A DNA stretch of 64,000 bases, taken from the NCBI GenBank assembly GCA_951406725.2, contig OX597839.1, positions 15,438,001 to 15,502,000 of the forward strand, written 5' to 3'. The notes under the pieces are model-generated. The model was not told the DNA's origin, ran no database searches, and worked only from the letters and a program-made list of their open reading frames with translations. A program made the position numbers and the translations under genes. This DNA comes from Octopus vulgaris. Lineage: Eukaryota. This document shows positions 29,766 to 46,415 of this stretch, one piece after another. Within the stretch, counting starts at the first letter, position 1; each line of letters opens with the position of its first letter.

Positions 29766-29911
29766 AATATATATATATACATATATTTTTATATGTACTT
29801 ATATTTTTTATTTATATATTTTTTATACAACGATCATTTTTCACGTGTATATCTTTCTGAGGAGTTTTGATATTGATTTCCTAAAATTAATAATAATATA
29901 TTATTTAAAAA

Positions 29912-29955
<44 letters not shown>

Positions 29956-30077
29956 CGCTCATATTAAATATATAAATATTTTAATAGTATTAATACTTTG
30001 ATACAATAGAGCAATCAATATAAATTCAGTATATAATATTTTTATTGAATATATTTAACTAAAGATTTATATATATA

Positions 30078-30410
30078 CTAGCACTGTGACCCAGCAGCGC
30101 CAGGTCGTAGTGCTAGAGCATGCACACATACATGCAAGTACTGTCCAAATCGCCGACCAATCACATACAGCTAGCTGGCATTCGACTGGCGTATCAAGTT
30201 TCAGGCATTTTGATTGGCTTTTGGATAGAAAATTCACAAAAAAGTCACTTCTATTGACTTTTTAATGGCTTTGCAGGGTGACTGGGGAAATATAAAGATG
30301 TGCACGGCCACCCTTGGACGGTTTTGAATGACCATAGAAAGTGTGAGCCCTCTAACTGAAAAATTGTGGATTTTTATAAAGGACACACACAGACATTTTG
30401 CTGTATATAT
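30078..30410 (-). mobile_element. Non-autonomous Helitron family C
   Basis: Minus-strand 3' end CTAGCACTACGACCTGGCGCTGCTGGGTCACAGTGCTAG|T (hairpin + CTAG); TA-rich 5' end. Confidence 0.7.
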
Positions 30411-30419
30411 ATATATATA

Positions 30420-32032
30420 CTAGCAGTATCGCCCGGCGTTGCTCGGGTTTGTAAGGGAAATAACTATATAAGCATTTTTAGAGAGTTATAGCCAAAAAAT
30501 AGCAAAAAATGCATTAAAAATGGAAAAAATATGATGGTAAATTTTTTAAAAAATCGTTGACTCATCGTAGACATTTTTAGAGAGTTACTTCCCTTATGTA
30601 ATAGCGAAAAAATGCATTAAAATGGAAAAAACCGATGGTAAATTTTTTTTTAAATCGTAGACTCATGTAGACGCTTTCTTAGCCATTTCTGTTTTGGTGT
30701 CTTCAAGCCATGAAGTCGTTGTTCTAACAGAATGCTGGTCTCCTTGACAACGCATTACGACGTTGATTTCCTTACACTCCCTTCCCCACAGGTGCAGGTG
30801 TGAGCGTGGACGCCAACTCCGCCGCCATCGACACACGAAAAATTATGCATTAAAATGGAATAAAAAATGATGTTAAATTATTTTTAAAATCGTAGACTCA
30901 TCGTAGACGCGCGCTAATACTCAGACGGGCTCGATATGAATCACGACTATAAGCTACCCGAATTTGGTTAAACTGCACCGCAAAATGTGGGAGTAGTTAG
31001 GAATCTAAATCGAAGGGGACAGACACTCACACAACTACAGTTTTATATATATAGATATACATAGCGCAGTAGTGGTGAGATGTGACAGCAAAGAAAAGCA
31101 TACATTCACTCTCTGCATGCAATTAGACTCGGAAAGTTCGTGAGGAACCCATTGACCCAATTTGCTGACTTTTCCGATAGCACACAGGTCTCAATGAATG
31201 GTTGAATGACCAAATCCAAGCTTCTCTGCTAGTTCCTCAACAGTTACGATGAGATTTTGTTCCACCAGGGTTTTCAGGATGTCCTTGTCGAGTTCTACAG
31301 ATCTTTCAGGATGAGGCTCGTCTTCTAGGCTGTAGTTTATGGCTCAGAATTTCTGGAACCACCATTGACACTGCCTTACGCTTATTGTCCAATCCCCATA
31401 TACTGCATTAATATTTCTTGTACTTTCCGTTGCGTTGTTGTCTTTATTGAACTCATAAAGCAAAATATGCCAAATATGCTCCTTTGTTACTTCCAACATA
31501 GCTTTGAAAAAAATAGCTGTTAAAATCGAAATGCACTCTTCAAAACTTGCACTATGAATAAGGACAAGATAAAATTACTACCTGCTTTTATAGCAAGTTA
31601 ATATAAGTAGTTTATCCCATTCCCCTCTGACTTTTAGTTCAAGCTGTTGAAAAAACCGCATTATTATATATATATACATACATACATACATATACACACA
31701 CACTCTCTCTCTCACACACATGCACACATTTATATTCTGTTATTCTTTTATATGTTTCAGCCTTGAGGTTGTGGCCATGCTGGATCATGTGTGTGTGTGT
31801 GTGTCTATCTGTCTGTCTGTCTGTATGTATGTATATATGTATATGTATGTGTGTGAACAATAATATTTTCAACAGATGTGTTGCAAATGTATCTGATTGT
31901 TCTCAAGCTTCAATACTGTGTCTGTGTGTATGTGTGTGTGTATGTATGTATGTATATGTATGTATGTATGTATATGTATGTATGTATGTGTGTATGTATG
32001 TATGTGTGTGTATGTATGTATGTGTGTGTGTA

Positions 32033-32063
<31 letters not shown>

Positions 32064-32576
32064 ATGTATGTATGTATGAGTGTATGTTTACTTTATTACT
32101 AACACAAGCCACTACGGTTATTTAATGTAAAGTCTTCCTCAAATCACTCTCTCTCGCTATTTACTCTCTTCCAAGAATATTTTCACTCACTCTTATCTCT
32201 TAGCTTCCCATACATTTTACTCATGTATCTATCAGCGTCATAGACAGAAACAAATATTACATCGCCATCGTTATCGCATTCTATTGTCTACCTGTCAACA
32301 CACTGAATTACTTTCACTTTATTCGTAGCACACTATGTGTGTGCGTTTGCGTGTGCTGTCAACCAGACTAAGAAAAGCATTTGACATACACACCAGAATG
32401 TGAGTTTTCTGTAAATTTTGCTTAATTGGAGTTTAAATTTTAAAAACTGGACCTGGCATGACCCGATGCATTGTACTCTTAAAAATGCTAGGTAAATTGT
32501 AATTGAAGAAATCCTATATTGTAGATTTCTATAAGATACAAAGGGAGGCAGATGCAATCTGCCTTTTATAATAAGA
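30420..32576 (-). mobile_element. Second copy of the composite Helitron (inverted relative to 43-1827)
   Basis: Contains Helitron B (30420-31055), mariner fragment, microsatellite and Helitron A 5' end, in the same order as copy 1. Confidence 0.8.
31075..31665 (-). pseudogene. Mariner 5' part (partial TIR, UTR, transposase N-terminus)
   Basis: ATG at 31499 gives MLEVTKEHIWHILLYEFNKDNNATESTRNINAVYG..WVPHEL; upstream ATAATGCGGTTTTTT is TIR-like. Confidence 0.85.
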
Positions 32577-32971
32577 CTAGCAGTATCGCCCGGTGTTGCT
32601 CGGGTTTGTAAGGGAAATAATTATATAAGCATTTTTAGAGATGTAAAGTATAATAGCCATCTCAATATGGCTAACCACAAAGGGGGAGGGGTGTTACTGT
32701 AGCTTTTTACGTTCTGAGATTTAATAATAAATTTTAGAGAGTTACTTCCCTTATATATGTCAAAAATGGATTAAAAATGGGAAAAATTGATGGTAAATTT
32801 TTTTTTAAATCGTAGACTCATCGTAGACGCGCGCTAATACCCAGACGGTCTCGATATGAATCACGACTATAAGATACCCGGTTTTGGTTAAACTGCACCG
32901 CAAAATGTGGGAGTAGTTAGGAATCTAAATCGTAGGAGACAGACACACAACCTCACTTTTATATATAAAGA
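32577..32971 (-). mobile_element. Helitron family B variant
   Basis: 5' TCTTTATATATAAAAG; 3' hairpin + CTAG directly abutting the next Helitron's TC. Confidence 0.85.
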
Positions 32972-33131
32972 TTTCCTCTATTTACATAATATTGAGGTCT
33001 CTTTCTTTCTTTTGTTATCTTACTGTTTTTACCAATATACATATATATATATATAAATATATATATAGTTACAGAGATGTACTTGCATAGCAAGTGACTT
33101 GATCTGAGATCGTGTGCTGGAACGAAAACAG

Positions 33132-33390
33132 TTGCAGCGTTGAAGGTGTTTATAAGCCATTTAAGAAACACACAAAAACCGTTAGATTCACTTCAACATT
33201 TAAATTTAATTTGTCAAAATATTTTCGTCGCTTTGAGACCGCGACCTGTTAGCACGATATTTTTGTCAGTGAACAGGTCGCGGTCTCAAAGCAAGGAAAA
33301 TATTTTGGCAAATTAAATTTAAATGTTGAAGTGAATCTAAGGGTTTTTGTGTGTTTCTTAAATGGCCTACAAACACCTTCCACGCTGCAA
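33132..33390. repeat. ~119-bp inverted repeat, Penelope pLTR-like, with hammerhead-like fold
   Basis: Arms at 33132-33250 and 33272-33390. Consensus of the two arms: TTTGTCA GTGAACAG GTCGC..GCGAC GAAA ATAT TT TGACAAA. Confidence 0.65.
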
Positions 33391-33469
33391 TATATATATA
33401 CACACATATATATATATGTATGTATGTATGTGTGTGTATATGTGTATGCATGTATGTGTGTGTGTGTGC

Positions 33470-33690
33470 GTGTCTGTGCTTGTGATTGTCCTCCACCACT
33501 GCTTGACAACGAATGTTGGTTTGTTTACATCCCTGTCACCTAGTGGTTTGACAAAGGAAACAGATAGAATAAGTACAATGCTTACAAAAATAAAACTGGA
33601 GTTGATTCATTAAACTACAATTCTTCAAGGCATTGCCCCAGCATGGCCACAGACCAATGGCTGGAAAAAGCAGAAGAATAAAAGAATACA
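33470..33690 (+). mobile_element. SINE 3' half with CCCCAGCATGGCCACAG tail
   Basis: Similar to 12117-12345. Confidence 0.75.
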
Positions 33691-33751
33691 TTCTCTGCTT
33701 TGGTCATATGTTGAAGGCATCAGAAAGCTTGAGTTTACATGAGAAGGCCTA

Positions 33752-34127
33752 ACAGACCTGGTAGAAACAGCAGCCAAATCTCCCTCAAATCACACCTTAC
33801 TGTCTTATGTATGTATATATATATGAGCCAATGAGGGGGACCTCTACATGGTAGCTAGATCTGGTAGAAATAGCAGCCAAATTTCCCCCAAATCACACCT
33901 TACTGTCTTATCTATGTATATATGTATGTATGAGCCTATGAGGGAGACCCCTACATGGCAGCTAGACCTGGTAGAAATAGCAGCCAAATTTCCCCCAAAT
34001 CACACCTTACTGTCTTATCTATGTATATATGTATGTATGAGCCTATGAGGGAGACCCCTACATGGCAGCTAGACATGGTAGAAATAGCAACCAAATCTCC
34101 CTCAAATCACACCTTACTGTCTTATCT
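33752..34127 (+). repeat. 107-bp tandem repeat, about 3.5 units
   Basis: GA(T/C)(C/A)TGGTAGAAATAGCA recurs at 33858, 33965 and 34072. Confidence 0.9.
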
Positions 34128-34367
34128 TTCTGTTACTTGGATATAGGTGTTATATTCATCGTAAAAAAACTTTCCTGTCACACACTCACGCACACGTACA
34201 CACACACACACACACACGCAGCCTCACACACACACACACGCGCACACCCACACACACCCACTCACACACACGCACGTTAGCTTACAATTTTATTTATATA
34301 TTTGCATGTCTGTGTGGAAAGAGGAAGTGGGAGGCAGAGTGAAAGAATCACTCACTACAGTAAGTCA

Positions 34368-34638
34368 GTTACTTTCATTTTATTCGTTGCCCACTGTGTG
34401 TGTGCGTTTGCGTGTGCTGTAAACCAGACTAAGAAAAGCATTTGACACACACACCAGAATGTGAGTTTTCTGTAAATTTTGCTTAACTGGAGTTTAAATT
34501 TTAAAAACTGGACCTGGCATGACGCGATGCATTGTACTCTTAAAAATGCAAGGTAAATTGTAATTGAAGAAATCCTATATTGTAGATTTGTATAACTCCC
34601 AAAGGGAGGCAGATAAAATCTGCCTTTTATAATAAGAG

Positions 34639-34639
<1 letters not shown>
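34368..34639 (-). mobile_element. Helitron family A 5' segment (third copy)
   Basis: Near-identical reverse complement of 43-312. Confidence 0.8.
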
Positions 34640-35460
<821 letters not shown>

Positions 35461-38310
35461 TGATTGATTGATTGATTGATTCTAGTTTCAGCTAATGAGC
35501 TGTGGCCATGCTGGGGCACCGCCATTTGGTGTTGCTACTTGGTTTTACTTCATGAAGGCTTTCTAGCAACTGCTATTTGGTGCATGAGAGAGTTCGATGC
35601 AGCTGCCCTCATCTGCCCCTCCTTCCGTGAAGTTGGTTCATCTGGGACACCTGACAGGAAGAGATCCAGCTTCATTTTAAAGACATCTGTATCCACCCCA
35701 TGCAGGTCTCTCAGGTTCTTCGGGAGGATATTGAAGAGCTGTGGGCCTCGGAAGCCCAGGCTACCACAGAATCTTGTCCTACATCTTGATGGCAAGTTTG
35801 GAGTCCTAGGCACCACGCAGTGGCGCCCAGTTCTGGCATTTGCGTAACTCTCGATGCCAAAGTTCAGGACACTTCCCTCCAGGATCTTCCAGATGTATAT
35901 TATGGCATATCTTTCCCGCCTACGCTCCAGGGAATATAATTTTAATCTCTTGAGTCTTTCCCAGTAGCTTACATTCTGCATAGAGGCTATCTTCTTCGTG
36001 TAGCTTCGTTGGATCGCCTCAAGTTCTGTGATCAACTTGACACTGGATGGTGACCATAGCTGTTAGCAATAGTCAAAGTGGCTTAGGACAAGTGTCTTCC
36101 AGAGGACCATCATGGTTTCTTGTTCTCTTGTTCTAAAGGTTCTAAGAATCCATCCAGCCAGCCGTCTGCATTTCATTGTCAGTTTAGCAACATGTACATG
36201 AAAGGTCGCGTCATCACTCATGTGAATACCCAGGTCACGCACTGATTGTGCCTCTGGGATTGCAATCCCTCCGGGTCCAGTGTATTCCTTGGGTATTGCA
36301 TTCAGTTTTGCATGCTGATAGTATAAAGCTTGAAACTTTTCAGCATTGAACTGCATGCTATTCTTTTCAGCCCACTTGTATATTTCGTCCAGCTCACATT
36401 GCAGGTGCTTAGTGTCTTCAGGGTTCTGTATTGCCTGTGAAACTTTTGTATCATCTGCATAACTTGTGATCGTGGCTCTCCGCATGGCTGAGGGCATGTC
36501 TGAGAGGGCCATTATGAACAGTAGTGGTCCCAAAACAGTGCCCTGTGGAACACCGCTCACTATTTGCGTGCTAATGGAAGTGCTAATTGGCTGCTACCAC
36601 CTGACTTCTATTCTTCAGAAAGTCATGAAGCCATTCTCCTAGTTTTCCAACTATGCCAAGATCACGCAGTTTGTGACATATCATTCCATGATCGACTTTA
36701 TCGAAGGCCTTTGCGAAATCGAGATATATGACTTCCACATTTGAGTGGTTGAGCAGTTGTTTCAGCACCCAGTCATAGTGCTGCAGGAGCTGAGTTAAGC
36801 AGCTTCTTCCTGGTCGGAAACCATGTTGGGTGTCAGGCAGCAAGTCATTTTCTTCAAGGAAGGTGATTAGCTTCCCTCTGACTATTCGTTCCATGACCTT
36901 GCTGATGTGTGAGGTCAGAGAGATAGGTCTGTAGTTCTTGGCCTCCGCTCTGCTACCTCCTTTATGAATAGGGCATATTTTACCTTCCTTCAGTTTTCTT
37001 GGAAGTTTTCCAGCTGCAAGGAAGCTCTGAAAGAGGAACTGCAGTGGTCTTGCTAGGACTCTCTTACATACTTTTAGAAGGATTGCCGGGAATCCATCGG
37101 GGCCAATAGCTGAGTCTATTTTCATTTCATCTATAGCCTTTATTACATCGTCTTCCTTTATATCGATGTAATTTATCGTCGCCGCCTCTGATTCTATATC
37201 TGCAGTGGTAAAGAAGTCAGTTGGATTGCTGATTTGGAAATGCCCAAGGGGTGGAGTGAAAACACTCTTGAATTGTTCATTCAGTATTTCACTTACCCTC
37301 ATTGGTTTTCCTGTGAGTGTGCCATCCTTTTCAAGGAGTGGCCCTATCCTACAGTGCACCGTAGCTGTTTCTTTGGCATACCTGTAGAAAGCTCTGGGGT
37401 TAGTTTTTATGTTGTCTATAGCCCAGGCTTCTTTGTCTGCTCTTTCCTTCTCATGGGAGAGTTGCAGACAAATTTCAATTTCCAACAGTTTTATTTTCAG
37501 GCGGGACTTTTCACTGCTTTCAATTTGTTTGTTTAGGCGATTTGAAATTTTTGTACGCCGTCTCATTAAAATTTTGTTCTTGTGTGTACAGTGGCCTTTC
37601 TCTCTGGGACACATTTGTAGCATATGGCTTGCATTACAGACATGAATTGTTGAAGTATCATGTCGATGTCCGGCGAGGAGAGACATTCAGGCCAGTTTTG
37701 TTTGAGGATCTCTTTCTCAATTTGTTTCCAGTTTGCCTTATTGAAGTTCAAGCTGGAAAGATTCTGAGGGTTTCTTGTAGGCTGCATGTCCGTGCTCTCT
37801 TTTGGCCCGTACATGGTCAGCTCTACCATGTTGTGATCCGAGAGTAGTGTCGGTGTCACTTTCACATTATGGATGAGATCCATATTATTTGTGAAGCAGA
37901 GATCCAGTGTGTTACCTGCTCTGGTTGGTTGGAGTATTACTTGCTCCATGTACAGGGTGTTGATGAGGTTCAGGAGGGACCTCGCCTGTCCTCGTTCACA
38001 TCTTGTCATTCCTGGGAGAGAAAGGCCCTCGGGCCATCTGACATTGGGTAGATTGAAGTCTCCCATGAGAAGTACACTTATGTGTTGTTCTAATGTGATT
38101 AGAACTTCTTCTATTTTTAAAAGGCAGTCCTCAAACTTGCCCATATGACTTGGGGCATCTGGAGGGCGATATGTAGCACACACAACTACATCAAGTTGCC
38201 TTATGTGTACAATTAGTGTGTCACACACCGAGTTTGAGTATGACAAAAGGACCTGGGGTGTGAGGTCCCCACGGATGTACATAGCAACTCCTCCATGACT
38301 CCTTTCTTTC
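35461..38310 (-). mobile_element. LINE family A copy, 5'-truncated, with frameshifts and a stop
   Basis: ORF pieces 37566-38282, 36583-37686, 36063-36560 and 35550-36035 match ORF2; (AATC)n tail. Confidence 0.95.
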
Positions 38311-39897
38311 GACGATAAATTACATCGATATAAAGGAAGACGATGTAATAAAGGCTATAGATGATATGAAAACAGACTCAGCTATTGGCCCCGATGGATT
38401 CCCGGCAATCCTCCTAAAAGTATGTAAGAGAGTCCTAGCAAGACCACTGCAGTTCCTCTTTCAGAGCTTCCTTGCAGCTGGAAAACTTCCAAGAAAACTG
38501 AAGGAAGGTAAAATATGCCCTATTCATAAAGGAGGTAGCAGAGCGGAGGCCAAGAACTACAGACCTATCTCTCTGACCTCACACATCAGCAAGGTCATGG
38601 AACGAATAGTCAGAAGGAAACTAATCACCTTCCTTGAAGAAAATGACTTGCTGCCTGACACCCAACATGGTTTCCGACCAGGAAGAAGCTGCTTAACTCA
38701 GCTCCTGCAGCACTATGACTGGGTGCTGAAACAACTGCTCAACCACTCAAATGTGGAAGTCATATATCTCGACTTCGCAAAGGCCTTCGATAAAGTCGAT
38801 CATGGAATGATATGTCACAAGCTGCGTGATCTTGGCATAGTTGGAAAACTAGGAGAATGGCTCCATGACTTTCTGAAGAATAGAAGTCAGGTGGTAGCAG
38901 CCAATGGGGCCACTTCCATTAGCACGCAAATAGTGAGCGGTGTTCCGCAGGGCACTGTTTTGGGACCAGTACTGTTCATAATGGCCCTCTCAGACATGCC
39001 CTCAGCCACGCGGAGAGCCACGATCACAAGTTATGCAGATGATACAAAACTGAATGCAATACCCAATGAATACACTGGACCCGGAGGGATTGCAATCCCA
39101 GAGGCACAATCAGTGCGTGACCTGGGTATTCACATGAGTGATGACGCGACCTTTCATGTACATGTTGCTAAACTGACAGTGAAATGTAGACGGCTGGCTG
39201 GCTGGATACTTAGAACCTTTAGAACAAGAGAACAAGAAACCATGATGGTCCTCTGGAAGACACTTGTCCTAAGCCACTTTGACTATTGCTCTCAGCTATG
39301 GTCACCATCCAGTGTCAAGTTGATCACAGAACTTGAGGCGATCCAACGAAGCTACACGAAGAAGATAGCCTCTGTGCAGCATATGAGCTACTGGGAGAGA
39401 CTCAAGAGATTAAAGCTCTATTCCCTGGAGCGTAGACGAGAAAGATATGCCATAATATATATCTGGAAGATCCTGGAAGGTCTTGTCCTAGACTTTGGCA
39501 TCGAGAGTCACACAAATGCCAGAACCGGACGCCACTGCGTAGTCCCAAGGACTCCAAATTTGCCATCAAGATGTAGGACAAGATATTGTGATAGCCTGGG
39601 CTTCAGAGGCCCACGGCTCTTCAATATCCTCCCGAAGAACCTGAGGGACCTGCATGGTGTAGATGCGGATGTCTTTAAAGTAGGACTGGATCTCTTCCTG
39701 TCAGGTGTCCCGGATGAACCAACTTCACGGCAGGAGGGGCAGATGAGGGCAGCTGCATCGAACTCTCTCATGCATCAGATGGCGTTTGCTAAAAAGCATC
39801 CGTGAGGTAAAACCGTGTAGCAAACCAAATGGCGGTGCCCCAGCATGGCCACAGCTCATTAGCTGAAACTGGAAGAATCAAAATCAAATCAAAAATC
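38311..39897 (+). mobile_element. LINE A/A2 copy, 5'-truncated, with in-frame internal deletion
   Basis: 479-aa frame at 38366-39805 with a YADDTK|LNAIP junction; A2-type C-terminus (AKKHP) and AAAATC tail. Confidence 0.95.
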
Positions 39898-41919
<2,022 letters not shown>

Positions 41920-42009
41920 GATTGTTGACACCCCACCCACAAAACCCCCCAATCCCACCGTTCCCCTAGCACCCCCCGATTACCTTTTCTCCTAAGACCT
42001 TTCACATAT

Positions 42010-42115
42010 TGTATGTGCACGCTTGTATATGTGTATCGTATATATGTATAGAAATGTATGGGTATAGTAGGAATATACGCATGTATTATGTGTGTGTGTG
42101 TGTGTATGTATATAA

Positions 42116-42160
<45 letters not shown>

Positions 42161-42562
42161 GGTGCGTGAGTGTGTGTGTGTGTGTGTATATATGTATATA
42201 TGTATGTATGTATAAATGTATATATGTGTGTATGCATATGTATGTGTATATGTATGTGTGTATGTATGTGTATGTATGTATAAAATATTATATAATTAGG
42301 GCTTAGTAAAATAAATTACTTTGCCACATACTGAACTTTCTAGAAATAGCAGCCAAAAAAGTTATTTAGCCTCTTCCACTACTTAGAGAATATTTTCCCT
42401 CAGACATTGTTTACTCAAAAAAATAATGGTCCTTTTACATACTGAATACTTGGTGAAATTGATTAATAACTAATTAACTTTACCCTCAATTGTTGATATA
42501 TGTATGTGTGTGTATATATATGTGTGTGTGTATATATATGTACATGTATGTATATGTGTATG

Positions 42563-42658
<96 letters not shown>

Positions 42659-42709
42659 TACATATATATATGTATGTGTATGTATTTGTGTATTATATAT
42701 GTATATATT

Positions 42710-42740
<31 letters not shown>

Positions 42741-43188
42741 GTGTGTGTGTATGTGTATATATGTGTATATATATGAGTGTACGCGAGTATGTAGATGTAT
42801 ATGTAGGTATGTAGAGTTATGTGTATGTGCATGTATGTGAGTGTAGATACAAATTGTAGATGTGTATATATATGTATGTGTATATATACATGTATATAGG
42901 TATATGTATGTGTGTGTATATGTATATATATATATATATATGTATATGCGAGTATGTAGAGATATAAGTATGTGCATGTGTATATATGTGTGTATATATA
43001 TGTATAGGTATGTGTATGTGTATGTATGTATATATATATATGTGTGTGCGTATGTATGCATATATGTATGTATGTATGTATGTATATGTGTATGTATATA
43101 TGTGTGTAAGTGTGTGTATATATGTAAATGTAAGTGTGTGTGCTTGTATGAGTATGTACGTATGTTTGCACACAGGTATATGTGTGTG

Positions 43189-43237
<49 letters not shown>

Positions 43238-43945
43238 ATATATATGTATGTATATATATATATGTGTATATATATATATGTGTATATGTGTGTGTGTGTA
43301 TATATGTGTGTATGTGTATGTATGTATATATATGCGTGTGTATGTGTATGTGTATATGTACATATACGCGTACGCTCATGTGTTTATGTATATGTAGGTA
43401 CGTAGAGTTATCTATGTGTGTATATATTTGTACATGTGTGTAAGTATGTATATATATATATATGTGTATGTGTGTGTGTGTATATATATATGTGTATATA
43501 TGTGTATATATATATATGTGTATATATGTATGTATATATGTATATATATATATATATATATGTGTGTAAGTTTATATGTATGTATCCGTCTATATAATAG
43601 GTAACTGCACGTACATATACTTAATATTTATTATTTATTTTTTGAGTATGCATGTATGAATAACTGCGCGTATATATATTTTACTATTTACTTATTTTTT
43701 GAGTATGCATGTAAGTATGAATATAAGGAGGCGCGTGTGTGTGTGTGTATGTGTAAGCATAGATATATGTATACTTTTACGCATGTGTGTACTCATGTGT
43801 ATATATGGATGCGCGCGTGTGTGTGTGTGTATGGGTACGCATGTACATGTGTATGTGCGTGTATGTGTATATGAGTATGTATGTATGTGTGTGCGTATAT
43901 TTGTATATGTATGTATGTATATGTATGTGTGTGTATGAATATGTA

Positions 43946-43985
<40 letters not shown>

Positions 43986-44645
43986 TATATATGTATGTAT
44001 GTGGGTGTGTATGTGTATAAATGTATGTATGTATGGATGTATGGATGTATGTATGTATGTATACGTATGTATGTGTATGTGTGTATATGTATGTATGTGT
44101 ATGTGTGTATATGTGTATATATGTGTATATGTGTATATATATGTATATATATGTGTATATATATGTATATATATGTGTATATACATATATATACACATAT
44201 ATATACACATATATATACATATATATACATGTATGTATTTGTATGTAGGTGTACGTGTATGTGTGTGTATTTATATTTATTGGTGTATATGTATAGACTA
44301 GCCTTCTAAGAGTGTAGACATGAATCTGTAGGTACGCGTACGTATGTGTATATACGTGAATGTATGTAGATGTATGTATGTATGAATATAACGCGTGCGT
44401 GCATGTATGTGTATGAGTGTACGAATGAGTGAGTATACGTGCTAAAGAGTGTGCGTGAGTGAATGAGTGCTTGTTTTCCAGTAGACAGATAAATGGACTG
44501 GCTGTCATAGCCAAGATGTTTGTGACCAAGTGGCCAAAGATAACAAAAGTAATAAACGAAGATAATAAAATTAAAATTAGGGAATGGGTCTGTATTTGTA
44601 TGTGTATATATATATGTGTGTATGTGTAGGTATGCATAGGTACAC

Positions 44646-44694
<49 letters not shown>

Positions 44695-45060
44695 CGTATG
44701 TGTGTGTATATATGTGTGTATGTGTATATATGTGTATGTAGGGACTAGTGTGCTGTGTGTGCATGTGTGTGTGTGGATTTGTGTGTGTATGCGTGTATGT
44801 GAGTATGTGTGTGTATGTGTATATATATTTTTCTGTGTGTATATGTATGTGTGGTCGTGTGTGTATATATACATGTGTGTATACGTGTATGCATGTGAGT
44901 GTGTGTATGTATACATATATTTGTATGTGTAGATATGTATATGTACGTGTAAGTGTATATATATGTATATATATACGTGTGTCTATGTATGTGTGTATGT
45001 ATATGTATATATGTTTGTATGCGTGTGTATATATGTATACATATGTGCATAGGTATAAGT
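42010..45060. repeat. Degenerate (TA/TG/TATG)n low-complexity region
   Basis: Purine-pyrimidine alternation with many substitutions and short unique islands. Confidence 0.9.
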
Positions 45061-45291
45061 GAGAATCTCCTTATTTACCTAAAACTCTATTCCCCTTTTT
45101 TTATATATATATATTTTTTTATTTTTTTATTTTTTATTTTTTTATTTATTCTTCTATCTAATTTAACACTGACTCCTTGACCACTCCCCCAAGTATGATA
45201 TTTTGCGCTATGCCTACCCCCAAAAAGTCCCCCAACAATACCCCTTTAAACCTGCCTAAATGTATAAATGCCAATACAATTCTTGTTAACT

Positions 45292-45342
45292 AGCTTCCTG
45301 AAGATTTCTCTTGAATGAAACAGTTCTAGTCCTGTAGAAGCT
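45292..45342 (+). ncRNA. Minimal type I hammerhead ribozyme motif (Penelope-type)
   Basis: AGCTTC CTGAAGA TTTCTCTTGAAT GAAA CAG TTCTAGTC CTG TA GAAGCT. Stem I 6 bp; GUA cleavage triplet ends at 45336; stem II is weak (U-U at its base). Confidence 0.7.
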
Positions 45343-45362
45343 CCTTCTATATAATAAATTAA

Positions 45363-46414
<1,052 letters not shown>

Positions 46415-46415
<1 letters not shown>

